Below are positions 9,828 to 19,461 of a stretch of DNA of 64,000 nucleotides, piece after piece (position 1 is the stretch's first letter; each line of letters starts with the position of its first letter). Source of the DNA: an uncultured Muribaculaceae bacterium (lineage in GTDB: Bacteria > Bacteroidota > Bacteroidia > Bacteroidales > Muribaculaceae). Below the pieces are notes generated by a model. It did no database searches and was not told the origin of the DNA. It saw nothing but the letters and a program-made list of their open reading frames with translations. The stretch spans positions 24,493 through 88,492 of the forward strand of contig CAJUAF010000011.1 in NCBI GenBank assembly GCA_910584365.1, in the 5' to 3' direction. The position numbers and the translations under genes are program-made.

Positions 9828-11375
9828 TTAAAAAGTAACCTTTCCGATGGTGGCTGCGGCGCTTTCAAACGCCTCCTTGCCGCCCCGGGAGCGGTTGCGC
9901 AGTCCGTGGCGATAGTTGTAGACGGTCTGCGGAGAGCAGTGGAGCAGTTCGGCGATGCGGACTGAGTCTGTGATTCCCAGACGCGCCAGGGCGTAGATTC
10001 TCAGTTCCGTGTTCAGCAGTTCCCCCTCTCTCAGCACCACTTCTTCGCCGGGGCGCAGCAGGGCGTTGAACTCCCTGACGAAGTCGGGGAAAATCTGGAG
10101 GAAAATGCCGTCGAAGTTACGGTAGAATTCCCGCACTTCGGCGCGGCTCTCGCGGGAAGTCTCCGTCATGCGCCGGATTTCCTCGAACTGCCGGGCTTTG
10201 CTCTTGCGGTTGATGTTTTTCCGGAAATCCTCGAAGCGTTTTATATATCCGGAGTTCATGGAGAAGAGGCTTGCCAGATATTTCTCCTTCACGATATTCG
10301 CTTCGGCGAGTTCACGCCCCGACTTACGGATTTTTTTCATCTGGCGGAAAATAATCAGCACCGCCCCGACCAGGACCAGCGACAGCAGGGAGGCCAGCGC
10401 CAGAAGCCATCGGGTGACGCGCTCCTGCCGCCGGCTTTTCTCGCTGTAAGCCTTCGAAATGCGGTCATGCAGAGGTGCCATGGCTGCGGTCCGGATGCGG
10501 TTGGGGTATAGGATGGCGGAGTTCAGGGCGTAGGAGCTGTAAGTGTAGGCGCGCTCCGTCTCTCCGCGGTCGAGCATTTCGGCGGCGAGGTCTTCCAGGG
10601 AGGCGATGTCGCGGTTGACACCGCGCACGTCGGCCACCGCCGCCATAGCCAGGCAGGCGATATAACCCTCCCGGTCCCCCCGGGCTTTCAGGAGCTGGGC
10701 CAGCACGTAGGCGTCGCGTCCGTCGTCGCGGGTATTCAGCGGCGAGCGGCTTACCATGTTCGTAAGATTCCCGATAACTTTTACGCGCATGATGCTGTCC
10801 CCTCCGAGACTGTTCCATCCCGTGTAGAGGGGGTAATCGCGGTCGGCAGGATGGAGGAGCGCCGTCAGAGTGTCGCCGTAGGCTTTTCCCCGTCGGTAAT
10901 ACTCCCGGCTCAGGGCCGGCATCCGGGAATAGTCCCCCAGGTGGTTGTAGAGGTACATCATCTGGCTGTAATATTCCTTGCGCAGTTCCCGGGGCAGAGA
11001 GTCGGGGCGCACGCCGGAGATAGCCTCCATCGCTTCCTTGAGCAGCCCTCCGGCCGCCAGTACGAATGAGCGTTTTATCTCTCTTTCAGCCGTAACGTCG
11101 AGCCGGGCGGCATACTCCAGGGCCGAATCCACGCTGAAAGTGCTGTATTCCATGAAGATTTCGCGGTTCAGACCGCTGTCACCCTTGCGGACGCGGGCCT
11201 TTAGTGCGTCCAGGTGTGCTTCTTTCTCACGGGCATACTGCGGCGCGGCGGTCAGCACCGAGTCCAGGGTGGCCAGCCAGCGTTCACTCCTTTCTCCGGC
11301 ACTCCCCGTTGGCGTAGCGATGGCCCACATAGCGGCGATGGAAAGGATTATATGGCCTAAATATCTCATTGTCAT
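9828..11375 (-). CDS. DUF6377-type (SusR-like) membrane-spanning transcriptional regulator
   Basis: Periplasmic TPR-like region, TM helix, FYRNFDGIFLQIFPDFVREFNALL...LNTELRIYALARLGITDS..IA..L..SPQTVYNYR HTH tail; own -7 box at 11398-11405. Confidence 0.85.
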   Translation of the reverse strand: MTMRYLGHIILSIAAMWAIATPTGSAGERSERWLATLDSVLTAAPQYAREKEAHLDALKARVRKGDSGLNREIFMEYSTFSVDSALEYAARLDVTAEREIKRSFVLAAGGLLKEAMEAISGVRPDSLPRELRKEYYSQMMYLYNHLGDYSRMPALSREYYRRGKAYGDTLTALLHPADRDYPLYTGWNSLGGDSIMRVKVIGNLTNMVSRSPLNTRDDGRDAYVLAQLLKARGDREGYIACLAMAAVADVRGVNRDIASLEDLAAEMLDRGETERAYTYSSYALNSAILYPNRIRTAAMAPLHDRISKAYSEKSRRQERVTRWLLALASLLSLVLVGAVLIIFRQMKKIRKSGRELAEANIVKEKYLASLFSMNSGYIKRFEDFRKNINRKSKARQFEEIRRMTETSRESRAEVREFYRNFDGIFLQIFPDFVREFNALLRPGEEVVLREGELLNTELRIYALARLGITDSVRIAELLHCSPQTVYNYRHGLRNRSRGGKEAFESAAATIGKVTF

Positions 11376-11492
11376 GGTATCTCCTCGAAAGTTTCCACAA
11401 ATATACAGCTTTTCGGGCTACATTTCAATATAATTCGTATGACACACGGGTATAAATCGGCGTCTGTCTGTCGGAAAGAAGTTCCGGGGCAT

Positions 11493-11531
11493 AGAAAAAG
11501 TGGCTGGAGCGCGAGAGCTGCAACCACTTGT
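11493..11531 (-). terminator. Intrinsic terminator of cassette copy B
   Basis: AAGTGGTTGCAGC...GCTCCAGCCACTT followed by TTT on the minus strand. Confidence 0.7.
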
Positions 11532-11768
11532 TTGTCTCCCATGTAAGGAGATTGGCTGTGTGTTTTCTATGGGGCTAACCCGGAGAATCCGATGCACTTG
11601 GGGGAGGCGTTTGTATCAAAATGAATACTGTCGCGCTTTCCCGAGCGTGCCATTGAAGAAAGTTATGCTGACTTTGACGGAATGGTGTACGCCTGTAGCG
11701 GAGTAAATCTATAGCCGTTGACAACAGTTCCCCTGCGGTATTATTTTTCAAGTATTGCCGAGTATTTT
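11493..11768 (-). ncRNA. Candidate standalone transcript of about 275 nt (sRNA or gene remnant)
   Basis: Bounded by promoter copy B and a terminator; 3' part aligns by eye to 690-795; no convincing ORF. Confidence 0.4.
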
Positions 11769-11771
11769 ACA

Positions 11772-11825
11772 GCAAATATACGACTAATAATTACCCCCCC
11801 AATTATTTAACAATCATTAACATTG
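11772..11825 (-). promoter_or_regulatory. Promoter copy B: -7 box TATATTTG, -33-like ATTG, G7 tract in a 19-nt spacer
   Basis: Near-identical to 3107-3159. Confidence 0.7.
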
Positions 11826-11864
11826 TTTCCGCGTTTTCTATTGCTTTTTTACAATATTTCCGAA

Positions 11865-11929
11865 CATACAATCCAGGCCAGGACAAATTTATAGGCGTAC
11901 CTTAAATTTGTCCTGGCCTGGATTGTATG
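11865..11929. repeat. 27-bp perfect inverted repeat after the U32 gene (terminator or REP-like hairpin)
   Basis: CATACAATCCAGGCCAGGACAAATTTA (11865-11891) and its reverse complement (11903-11929). Confidence 0.85.
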
Positions 11930-11949
11930 GAAATGAATAGCTGCTGGCG

Positions 11950-13200
11950 TCAGGGGCGCGGGGGGAGGGGGCGCCAGAGATACAGGCGGTCGGAGGGACG
12001 GATTTTCGAGGGGACAGCGATCGAGAAAGACTCCCCTTTGGAGGCCGTATCCGTCGGACGGAGGTCCACGCGGATTTCATCGAGGGTCAGGCAGATGGTG
12101 CCGGTGGTGGGGCCGATTATGAGGACCTCGTCGCCGGGATGAAGCTCGCCGGCTTCCATATGGAACTCGGCGACTCCGAGTTTCGAGAAGTAACGCACGG
12201 CTTTGGCGCGGTACTCCTTGACGCGGGTGGCCGAGGAGCCGTATTTGCTGGACCATTCTCCCAGGCGTTGCCCCAGGTAGTAGCCGTTCCAGAAACCGCG
12301 GTTGAAGATTTTTGACAGCTGCTGGTCCCAGCGGGCGATCTTCTCTTCGGAATAAGAGCCGTCGCAGAGCGATTCCAGGGCTTCGGAATAGCATCTTACG
12401 GCGATGTCGACATACTCCGGTCCGCGGGCGCGTCCCTCGATTTTGAAGACGGAGACCCCGGCGTCGACCATCTTGTTGAGGAAATGGATGGTCTTGAGGT
12501 CCTTCGGCGACATGATGTACTTGTTCTCGATGTCGAGCTGGTCGCCGGTCTCGCGGTCGGTGACCGTGTAGCCCCGGCGGCATATCTGGGTGCAGGCTCC
12601 CCGGTTGGCCGAGGAGTTCATCTCGTGAAGGCTCAGGTAACATTTGCCGGAAACGGCCATGCAGAGGGCACCGTGGCAGAACATCTCGATCCGCACAAGC
12701 TCTCCGCGCGGTCCGCGGATGTCGTCGCGGACAATAGCTTCATGGATGGCCCTGACCTGATCGAGATTCAGTTCACGGGCCAGGACCACCACGTCGGCAT
12801 AACGGGAATAGAAGCGGAGGGTCTCGGTGTTGGAGACGCTCAGCTGGGTGGAGATGTGGACCTCCACCCCCCGGGAGCGGGCATAGAGGATTGCGGCCAT
12901 GTCGGAGGCGATTATGGCCGAGATGCCGCTCGAAGCTACGGCGTCGATGACGGAGCGCATCTTCTCCATATCCCCGTCATAAATGATGGTGTTTACGGTG
13001 AGGTAGGACTTGACTCCCTTCTCGTCGCAGATGGCGGAGATGCGGCGCAGGTCGTCCAGGGTAAAGTTGACGCTGGAGCGGGCACGCATATTAAGCCCCT
13101 CGACTCCGAAATATACGGCGTCGGCACCGGCGTTGATTGCCGACCGGAGGCTTTCATAGCTCCCCACGGGAGCCATTATCTCAAAATCCTTTCTGTTCAT
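11950..13200 (-). CDS. Peptidase U32 family protein (TrhP/PrtC-like)
   Basis: GADAVYFG, HGALCMAVSGKC, ANRGACTQICR, KIEGR. Confidence 0.9.
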   Translation of the reverse strand: MNRKDFEIMAPVGSYESLRSAINAGADAVYFGVEGLNMRARSSVNFTLDDLRRISAICDEKGVKSYLTVNTIIYDGDMEKMRSVIDAVASSGISAIIASDMAAILYARSRGVEVHISTQLSVSNTETLRFYSRYADVVVLARELNLDQVRAIHEAIVRDDIRGPRGELVRIEMFCHGALCMAVSGKCYLSLHEMNSSANRGACTQICRRGYTVTDRETGDQLDIENKYIMSPKDLKTIHFLNKMVDAGVSVFKIEGRARGPEYVDIAVRCYSEALESLCDGSYSEEKIARWDQQLSKIFNRGFWNGYYLGQRLGEWSSKYGSSATRVKEYRAKAVRYFSKLGVAEFHMEAGELHPGDEVLIIGPTTGTICLTLDEIRVDLRPTDTASKGESFSIAVPSKIRPSDRLYLWRPLPPRP

Positions 13201-13211
13201 TGCAGTGAGGG

Positions 13212-15641
13212 TTAACGGAGGAGAACGCGGCGCGAGAAGTCAGCCACGGTGACGACATACAGGCCGGCGGGGAGGCTGACAAAGGTCTGTCCCGTCGGGA
13301 CTGTGCCGGCGAAGACCAGACGTCCGTCGATGGAATATACAGCGAAGCTGTTGGCGGAGTCAGAGTTCTCGATCACCAGCGCGTGGCCGACGCAATAGGC
13401 GTCCCAGCTGTGGTAGTCGTTCCCCTCGGGGGTGAGCAGCGAGGCGCTGTAATCGCTGACGGCCAGATCATCGACCATGCAGCGGCCTCCGCTCTTCTGC
13501 TGGAGGCGGACGCGGATGTTGCCCGAACGGTTGGCGGTGACGGTGCAGGGATTGTAGCGGTTGTTTCCGTCGGCGTCCTTATCGACGCGGACCGTCACGT
13601 CCCCCGCGGGTTCCCATGTTTTGCCCCCGTCGGAGGATACCGAGACGGTGAACAGGCAGTCATTGGATTCCTTGCTCCATACCTTTCCCTGGAACGAGAT
13701 TGTGCCTGCGCCCCCGGGCTTGTCCTGGAGCATATAGATGACGCGTGTGTCGGTCTTGTTGAAGCGGGCGGCCTGGGTGGAGTTGTAGGCCTGGGAAGTG
13801 GCGCCGTTCTTTTCGAAATATACCCCGTTGGTGTACCATATGGAGGCGGAACCCTGGTAGGTCAGCTCTCCGTAGCCGTTTCCTCCGGTGATGGCCGGCT
13901 CGAAATCTTCCAGGAACGACGACGATCCGTCGGAGACAACGCCCTCGACTTCCACGTCATCATAGCGGAAACCTTCCGCCTCGGCCACCAGCGAAGTGGT
14001 GTAGCTTCCCGCCGTGGTGGCGCCGAGACGCATATAGAAGCGGTCGGCTCCGGGAGCGAGGGTGGCCTGGCGTCCCCATTCCTGCTTGTTGAGTGACAGT
14101 TCGAAAGGCGCGTTAACAGAAAGAAGCACATCGCCCGGAATATTGTCAATTACCGCCAGCAGTTCGGCGGCTTCGGACGGCTGGCCGGGAAGGGCGGTAA
14201 AGGCCAGTTCGCCGTCAAAGAGGAAAGTTACAGAGGGGAGTGGAGCCGGAGTGGTGACGTTGATGGTTTCTGAGGTCAGGGTGCCGTTGGAGACGGTGTA
14301 GGTATAGGCCGTTTCCGGTTCAAGGCCGCTGACGCGGTAATGGCCCGGAGCGCCGGGGACCGTGCGGGGATAACCGTCTACGGAGATATTGCCGCGGCGT
14401 ACATCGAGGGTATATTCCGCGGAAGTTCCGTCGATGCATACCCAGTTGGCTGTGAATCCGTCTTCGGAGACTTCGGTGGCGGCCAGGGCCGGAAGACCGT
14501 CGACGGCTTTTCCCCGGAGGTTGACTTTTACGGAGAGGTCGCCGCAGGCGAGCGTCAGGGTGCCGGAGAAGTCTCCGGCGGTCACTGCGTCGAAAGTCAC
14601 CGGCAGACTTGCCCCTGAGGCGTTGACCTGCTGCTGCGGGAGGGAGGCTGCCCCGGCGGAGAACGCTCCCCCGCTGACAGAGACGGACACATTGCCCGGA
14701 AGTTTCACTCCGGAGACAAGGGTCGTTAACGTAAGTGGATGGCCCGTAGCGGCGGTGCCGAAGTCGATTGTGGAATTGTTGACCGGAGTCAGGAAGCAAG
14801 GTTTTTCGGCGTCGGCGGCGCTCCAGGGCTGTCCGGTCTTGTCACCCCAGATATATTCGGCCAGTTCTGGATGGTCGATGAAGGGATTGCGGTTATGCTG
14901 GTGGGCATAGATGGCATCGTTGCGGACGGTCTCCTTTTCGCTGACGGGGTCCTGACGATGCCATTTCAGCAGCAGGTCGATGGCCCATGAGGAGAAGCAG
15001 GGATAGCTGTCGCGGGAGAGCATATCGCTTTCCCAGGTGGAGATGCGGCTGTTATAGCAGGCGGCCATATAGAAATATGAGCGGGCCAGGTCCCCTTTAT
15101 ACTCGTCGTCCGGTTCGAAGACCGTTCCTGAGTAGCCGGGGAAAGTGGAGCGCCCCAGTTTGCCCAGGGGCCTTACATTTCCGCTGGCGGGGAGGGTCGT
15201 TCCGCCGGAACATTCTCCGTAGGGGAAATTCGAGCGCTGGCCGTTGACTTTGCCGTCGGTGGGATAGATATGGAAAGCGTCGGAATACATCGGGGAGGCG
15301 TCGTCGAACCAGCTTTTCGGGAAAGAGTGTTCCTTGTTGATGCAGTCGCCGACCACGGAATAGTTTCCGCACTTTACGGCGTCGAAACTTTTCCCCCAGT
15401 TCTTGGTGGAGTACATATCCCAGATTGTGCCGTCGGGATGCACGTCGGAGGTTTTGTAGACGTCATACAACGACTTGTACCCTACGACCGTATGGTCCGA
15501 AATAACGTTCTCAAGCTGACGGAGCAGCGCCCTGTCGCTCTTCCCCTCGCAGGAGGAGTAATAGCCTGCGGGAGCGTCCGCCCGCGAGGAGATTCCCGCG
15601 GCCACGGCTATGGAGAGATATAAAAAAGTTCTTTTGTTCAT
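13212..15641 (-). CDS. Secreted endonuclease I family nuclease with Fn3/Ig-like domains and T9SS-type CTD
   Basis: NKEHSFPKSWF, DAFHIYPTDGKVNGQRSN, RNPFIDHP; CTD VYSIDGR...LPAGLYVV. Confidence 0.88.
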   Translation of the reverse strand: MNKRTFLYLSIAVAAGISSRADAPAGYYSSCEGKSDRALLRQLENVISDHTVVGYKSLYDVYKTSDVHPDGTIWDMYSTKNWGKSFDAVKCGNYSVVGDCINKEHSFPKSWFDDASPMYSDAFHIYPTDGKVNGQRSNFPYGECSGGTTLPASGNVRPLGKLGRSTFPGYSGTVFEPDDEYKGDLARSYFYMAACYNSRISTWESDMLSRDSYPCFSSWAIDLLLKWHRQDPVSEKETVRNDAIYAHQHNRNPFIDHPELAEYIWGDKTGQPWSAADAEKPCFLTPVNNSTIDFGTAATGHPLTLTTLVSGVKLPGNVSVSVSGGAFSAGAASLPQQQVNASGASLPVTFDAVTAGDFSGTLTLACGDLSVKVNLRGKAVDGLPALAATEVSEDGFTANWVCIDGTSAEYTLDVRRGNISVDGYPRTVPGAPGHYRVSGLEPETAYTYTVSNGTLTSETINVTTPAPLPSVTFLFDGELAFTALPGQPSEAAELLAVIDNIPGDVLLSVNAPFELSLNKQEWGRQATLAPGADRFYMRLGATTAGSYTTSLVAEAEGFRYDDVEVEGVVSDGSSSFLEDFEPAITGGNGYGELTYQGSASIWYTNGVYFEKNGATSQAYNSTQAARFNKTDTRVIYMLQDKPGGAGTISFQGKVWSKESNDCLFTVSVSSDGGKTWEPAGDVTVRVDKDADGNNRYNPCTVTANRSGNIRVRLQQKSGGRCMVDDLAVSDYSASLLTPEGNDYHSWDAYCVGHALVIENSDSANSFAVYSIDGRLVFAGTVPTGQTFVSLPAGLYVVTVADFSRRVLLR

Positions 15642-15852
15642 GGTCTGGTATAACGGTTTTTTAGCGGTTTTCCAACCGGGGGCGTAAAATTACAGAATTT
15701 TTTTAGGATAACAAAGCACTTGTTCCAACTTTTTAGCTAACTTTACGGGCAGAAAATGTGTTATCATTATAACTTTGCCTGACGCCTCCCCTCAGGGGAT
15801 GCCGCCGGACACTGAAACCGGTAATTCAACCCTAAAGCATATAGTCAAAATT

Positions 15853-16851
15853 ATGGATTTCATTACTGATGAGAAACTCGTCATCGTCGGCGCAGCCGGC
15901 ATGATCGGTTCCAACATGGCCCAGACTGCGGCCATGATGCGTCTTACCCCCAACATCTGCCTTTACGATACTTACGCTCCCGGTCTGGAAGGTGTCGCCG
16001 AAGAGATGTTCCACTGTGGATTCCAGGGTGTGAACTTTACTTTCACTTCCGACATCAAGGAGGCCTTCAAGGATGCCAAGTATATCATCTCCTCGGGAGG
16101 CGCCGCCCGTAAGGCCGGTATGACCCGTGAGGATCTTCTCCGCGGCAACTCCGAAATCGCCGAGCAGCTCGGCAAGGACATCAAGGCTTACTGTCCCGAT
16201 GTAAAACACGTGGTTGTCATCTTCAACCCCGCCGACATTACCGGCCTGGTAACCCTGATTTACTCCGGTCTGAAACCTTCGCAGGTTTCCACTCTGGCCG
16301 CCCTCGACTCCACCCGTCTGCGTTCCGAGCTGGCCAAGTATTTCAAGATTCCCGCTGACGAAATCAAGAACTCCCGTACCTACGGCGGCCACGGCGAACA
16401 GATGGCCGTCTTCGCTTCCACCACTACCGTTGCCGGTCAGCCCCTCTCGGAGCTTATCGGTTCGGATGCCCTGCCCCGTCAGGAATGGGATGCCATGAAG
16501 CAGCGCGTCATCCAGGGCGGAAAGAACATCATCGACCTCCGCGGCCGCAGCTCCTTCCAGAGCCCCGCATATCTGTCCGTAGAGATGATCGCCGCAGCAA
16601 TGGGCGGCAAGCCTTTCTCCTGGCCTGTCGGCACTTACGTAAACAACGGCGAGTACAACCACATCATGATGGCCATGGAGACCACCGTCGACAAGAACGG
16701 CGTCCATGTAACTCCCGTCAAGGGAACTCCCGAGGAACACAAGGAACTCGACCAGAGCTACCACCACCTCTGCAAGCTCCGCGACGAGGTCATCTCCCTG
16801 GGCATCATTCCCGCCATCGACAAGTGGCATGACATCAACCCCAACCTCTGA
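15853..16851 (+). CDS. mdh: Malate dehydrogenase (LDH/MDH family)
   Basis: GAAGMIG, ARKAGMTREDL, LDSTR, GGHGE; ATG at 15853 preferred over the upstream TTG. Confidence 0.9.
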   Translation: MDFITDEKLVIVGAAGMIGSNMAQTAAMMRLTPNICLYDTYAPGLEGVAEEMFHCGFQGVNFTFTSDIKEAFKDAKYIISSGGAARKAGMTREDLLRGNSEIAEQLGKDIKAYCPDVKHVVVIFNPADITGLVTLIYSGLKPSQVSTLAALDSTRLRSELAKYFKIPADEIKNSRTYGGHGEQMAVFASTTTVAGQPLSELIGSDALPRQEWDAMKQRVIQGGKNIIDLRGRSSFQSPAYLSVEMIAAAMGGKPFSWPVGTYVNNGEYNHIMMAMETTVDKNGVHVTPVKGTPEEHKELDQSYHHLCKLRDEVISLGIIPAIDKWHDINPNL

Positions 16852-16877
16852 TAATCCCCCTCCTACTTGACTTATTG

Positions 16878-16910
16878 ACAGGCGTCCCTGTATTGTCCGG
16901 GGCGCCTGTC
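16878..16910 (+). terminator. Hairpin after mdh
   Basis: GACAGGCGTCCC...GGGGCGCCTGTC stem. Confidence 0.6.
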
Positions 16911-17030
16911 CTGTTAAACGTTGCGTCCGCTAACTCGCAAATTTTGCGAGTTAACGGGGGCTTTTGTCATAATCTTCCACTTTCCTGAGTGGGCATAATA
17001 AGATACAGACGTCTTTGTCAGCTATATGGC

Positions 17031-17068
17031 AGAGGCTGCTTCACACAACAACGCGCGGAGCAGCCTCT
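17031..17068 (-). terminator. Hairpin after the BspA-like gene
   Basis: AGAGGCTGCTTC...GGAGCAGCCTCT. Confidence 0.55.
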
Positions 17069-17090
17069 GGCTTTATAAGGGGGGAGGGGA

Positions 17091-19461
17091 TCAGTCGATG
17101 ACTGTCTTGGCTACGGAGACGGAGCCGTCGGTCATTACGGTGCGGACGATGCAGACGGTTCCCGGGGTGGGATTGAGAAGTTCGCGGCCGGTGAGGTCGT
17201 AATAGCGGGTGGAGGCGACAGCGGCGGCGGAAGCGTCAACGCCTGTTATACCGGAGGATTCTACTTCAAAGGAGCTGGTATAGAGGATTGTCATCTGGCC
17301 GGTAGGTACGTAGCCCTTGAGTTCGTAGTCGTATTTTCCGGCGGGAAGATCGGTGAACGGGTAGCTGAGCGCGGAACCGGAAATCTGGTCGCCGGTCAGT
17401 TCGGTGTCTACAACGGTTGAGGTGGCATCGGTAAGTTTTACGGTGTAGCGCGAGGGGGCTGCGAAATCATCGTCGGAATAGGCTTCCCATTTCAGAGTGG
17501 CGCCGTTGTCGGCAAGTTCGAGGGTGGGACCGGCGGGAAGGACTTCCTCATAGGTGACATTGGGATAGTGGTCGGCCCAGGCGGCGGCGTAGGCTTCGGC
17601 GCTTCCTTTGGGGACTTTGATGACAAACGTACCGGTTGCGGGATTGGCGCCGATAGTGCGGGGAGGTACAGGAGCGAAGCAGTACATTGTCTTCAGGGCG
17701 TTGCAGAAGAGTCCCAGAGGGCTGAAAGTTATCAGAGTAGAGGGGAGGCTGATCCATTCCAGGGCACTGTTCATCGTCAGAATCGAGAAAGTGTTATCCT
17801 CGGAAGCTACGCCGATGTTGGTTATGGATTCGGGGAAAATCATCGATTTGACTCCGGTGGCGCTGAAAGCGTTGTTCCCCATGACAACATCCCTGTTGGG
17901 GAGCTGGATGTTCTGGATATTGGAAGCGAAGAAGAACGCTGTCGAGCCGATCTCTTCCAGCGATTCGGGGAACCGGATGTCAGTAAGCCCGGTGCCAGGA
18001 CTGGAAGGCACTTGCTCCGATTGTTTTAAGATTGTCCGAGAATTGGATACCGCTAAGCTTGGTGTTGCCCATGAATACGTATCCGGCGATTTCAGTGACG
18101 GAAGAGGGCATGACATATTCTCCTGTTTTTGCATAAGGAAAGCCGATCAGGGTAGTGATGTCTTTATTGAACAGGATGCCGTCGACAGAAGCCAGGCAGG
18201 CGTTTTCTTCCGCTACCTCGAATTTTTCGAGATTCTCAGACAGCAGGAAAGCATCGCTGCTTATTTCCCGGACGTTGGCCGGAATGACGATATTTTTCAG
18301 GCCGGTGTTACGGAATGCGGTCGAGCCGATTGCGGTGACAGAGGATGGTATTGTAATCTCGGTCAGCGATGTACAGTTGTTGAACAGACCTTCGGCGATT
18401 TCCGTAATCCCTTCGGGCAGACTGATTACGGAGAGGTTGGAACATGATTGAAATGCCATTTCTCCGAGGGATGTCATGGTCTGAGGAAGGGTTATTTCCC
18501 TAAGAGCCGAACACTCATAGAAAGTAGCCTTGCCCAGGACTTTGATTGCATCGGGCCATTTTACCGATGTCAGCGAGGCGCAGCCGTAGAAGGCATAACC
18601 CTGGATGTCCTCGATAGTTTCGGGAATCGTCACGGCTTTCAGAGAGTGACAATTATAGAAGACAGCACTGCCGATTTTTTTCAGGGAGGCGGGAAGATTG
18701 ATGGTTTCCAGATTGTTGCACTCAAAGAACGCATGGTCGCCCAGCTCGGTGAAGGTCTCCGGCAGGACTACGGTCTTGAGTTTCTTGGACTGGCTGAAAG
18801 CGCCGTCTGAGATTGAAGTAATATTGTCAGGCAGAGTGAGGGTGGTGAGTCCGCAGTTATAGAAGGCGCTTTCTGTGAGGGTTGTTACGCCGGTATTGAA
18901 GTTGACCTCCGTAAGGCTGGTGCAGTCCTGAAACATATAGCCGTTCACGGTCTTGAGATTGGCCGGGAGAGTGAGGGAGGTCATCGATGTCAGCTCGCGG
19001 AAAGCTGACGCGCCGATGGTGGTCAGATTGTCGGGCAGCACAAGGGAGGCGATGGTGGTACATCTCCGGAAGGCGTTGGATGCAACGTTGGTGAGAGTTG
19101 AGGGGAGGGATACGGTCTTTATGTTCTTGGAGCGGCCGAAAGTCCAGCTTCCGATGCGTTCCACACCTTCCTCGATTTTTACGTCAAGCAGGGCATTGCA
19201 GTCCATGAATGCCTGGTCTTCGATGGACTTTACGGCGTAGGTCTCGCCGTCGAAAGTCACCGATCCGGGAATGACGACAGAGGTCAGCGCCTTGTATTCC
19301 GCATTGTTGTCGGGAGATTTGGAGACCGAAGCTGTATTGGCCTCGGTGTTGAGATTGAAGTAAAGGTCGCCGACCTTTACGGCATCGGCCCAGGCCGCTG
19401 CCGTTCCCATGAAGGCCAGACAGGCAAAAGCATAGCCTCGCGTAGTAAACAGTTTCTTCAT
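17091..19461 (-). pseudogene. BspA-like leucine-rich repeat (LRR_5) surface protein with T9SS-type CTD, split by a +1 frameshift at 17995-17996
   Basis: ORF 17980..19461 has the signal peptide and IGxxAFxxC repeats; ORF 17091..18134 continues the repeats and has the CTD (YYDLTGR). Deleting one G restores FQSCTGLTDI. Confidence 0.85.

Noticed and set aside
3107..11826. Invertible promoter or diversity-generating retroelement explanation for the repeated cassette
   Set aside because: The copies are in direct orientation, I see no flanking inverted repeats, recombinase or reverse transcriptase, and differences are not adenine-specific.
15775..15852. Upstream extensions of ORF-track starts (mdh, pldA, 20677, 37235, 40861, 44265, 52536, 63145)
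   Set aside because: They overlap promoter or leader DNA; downstream starts give proper signal peptides or family N-termini.
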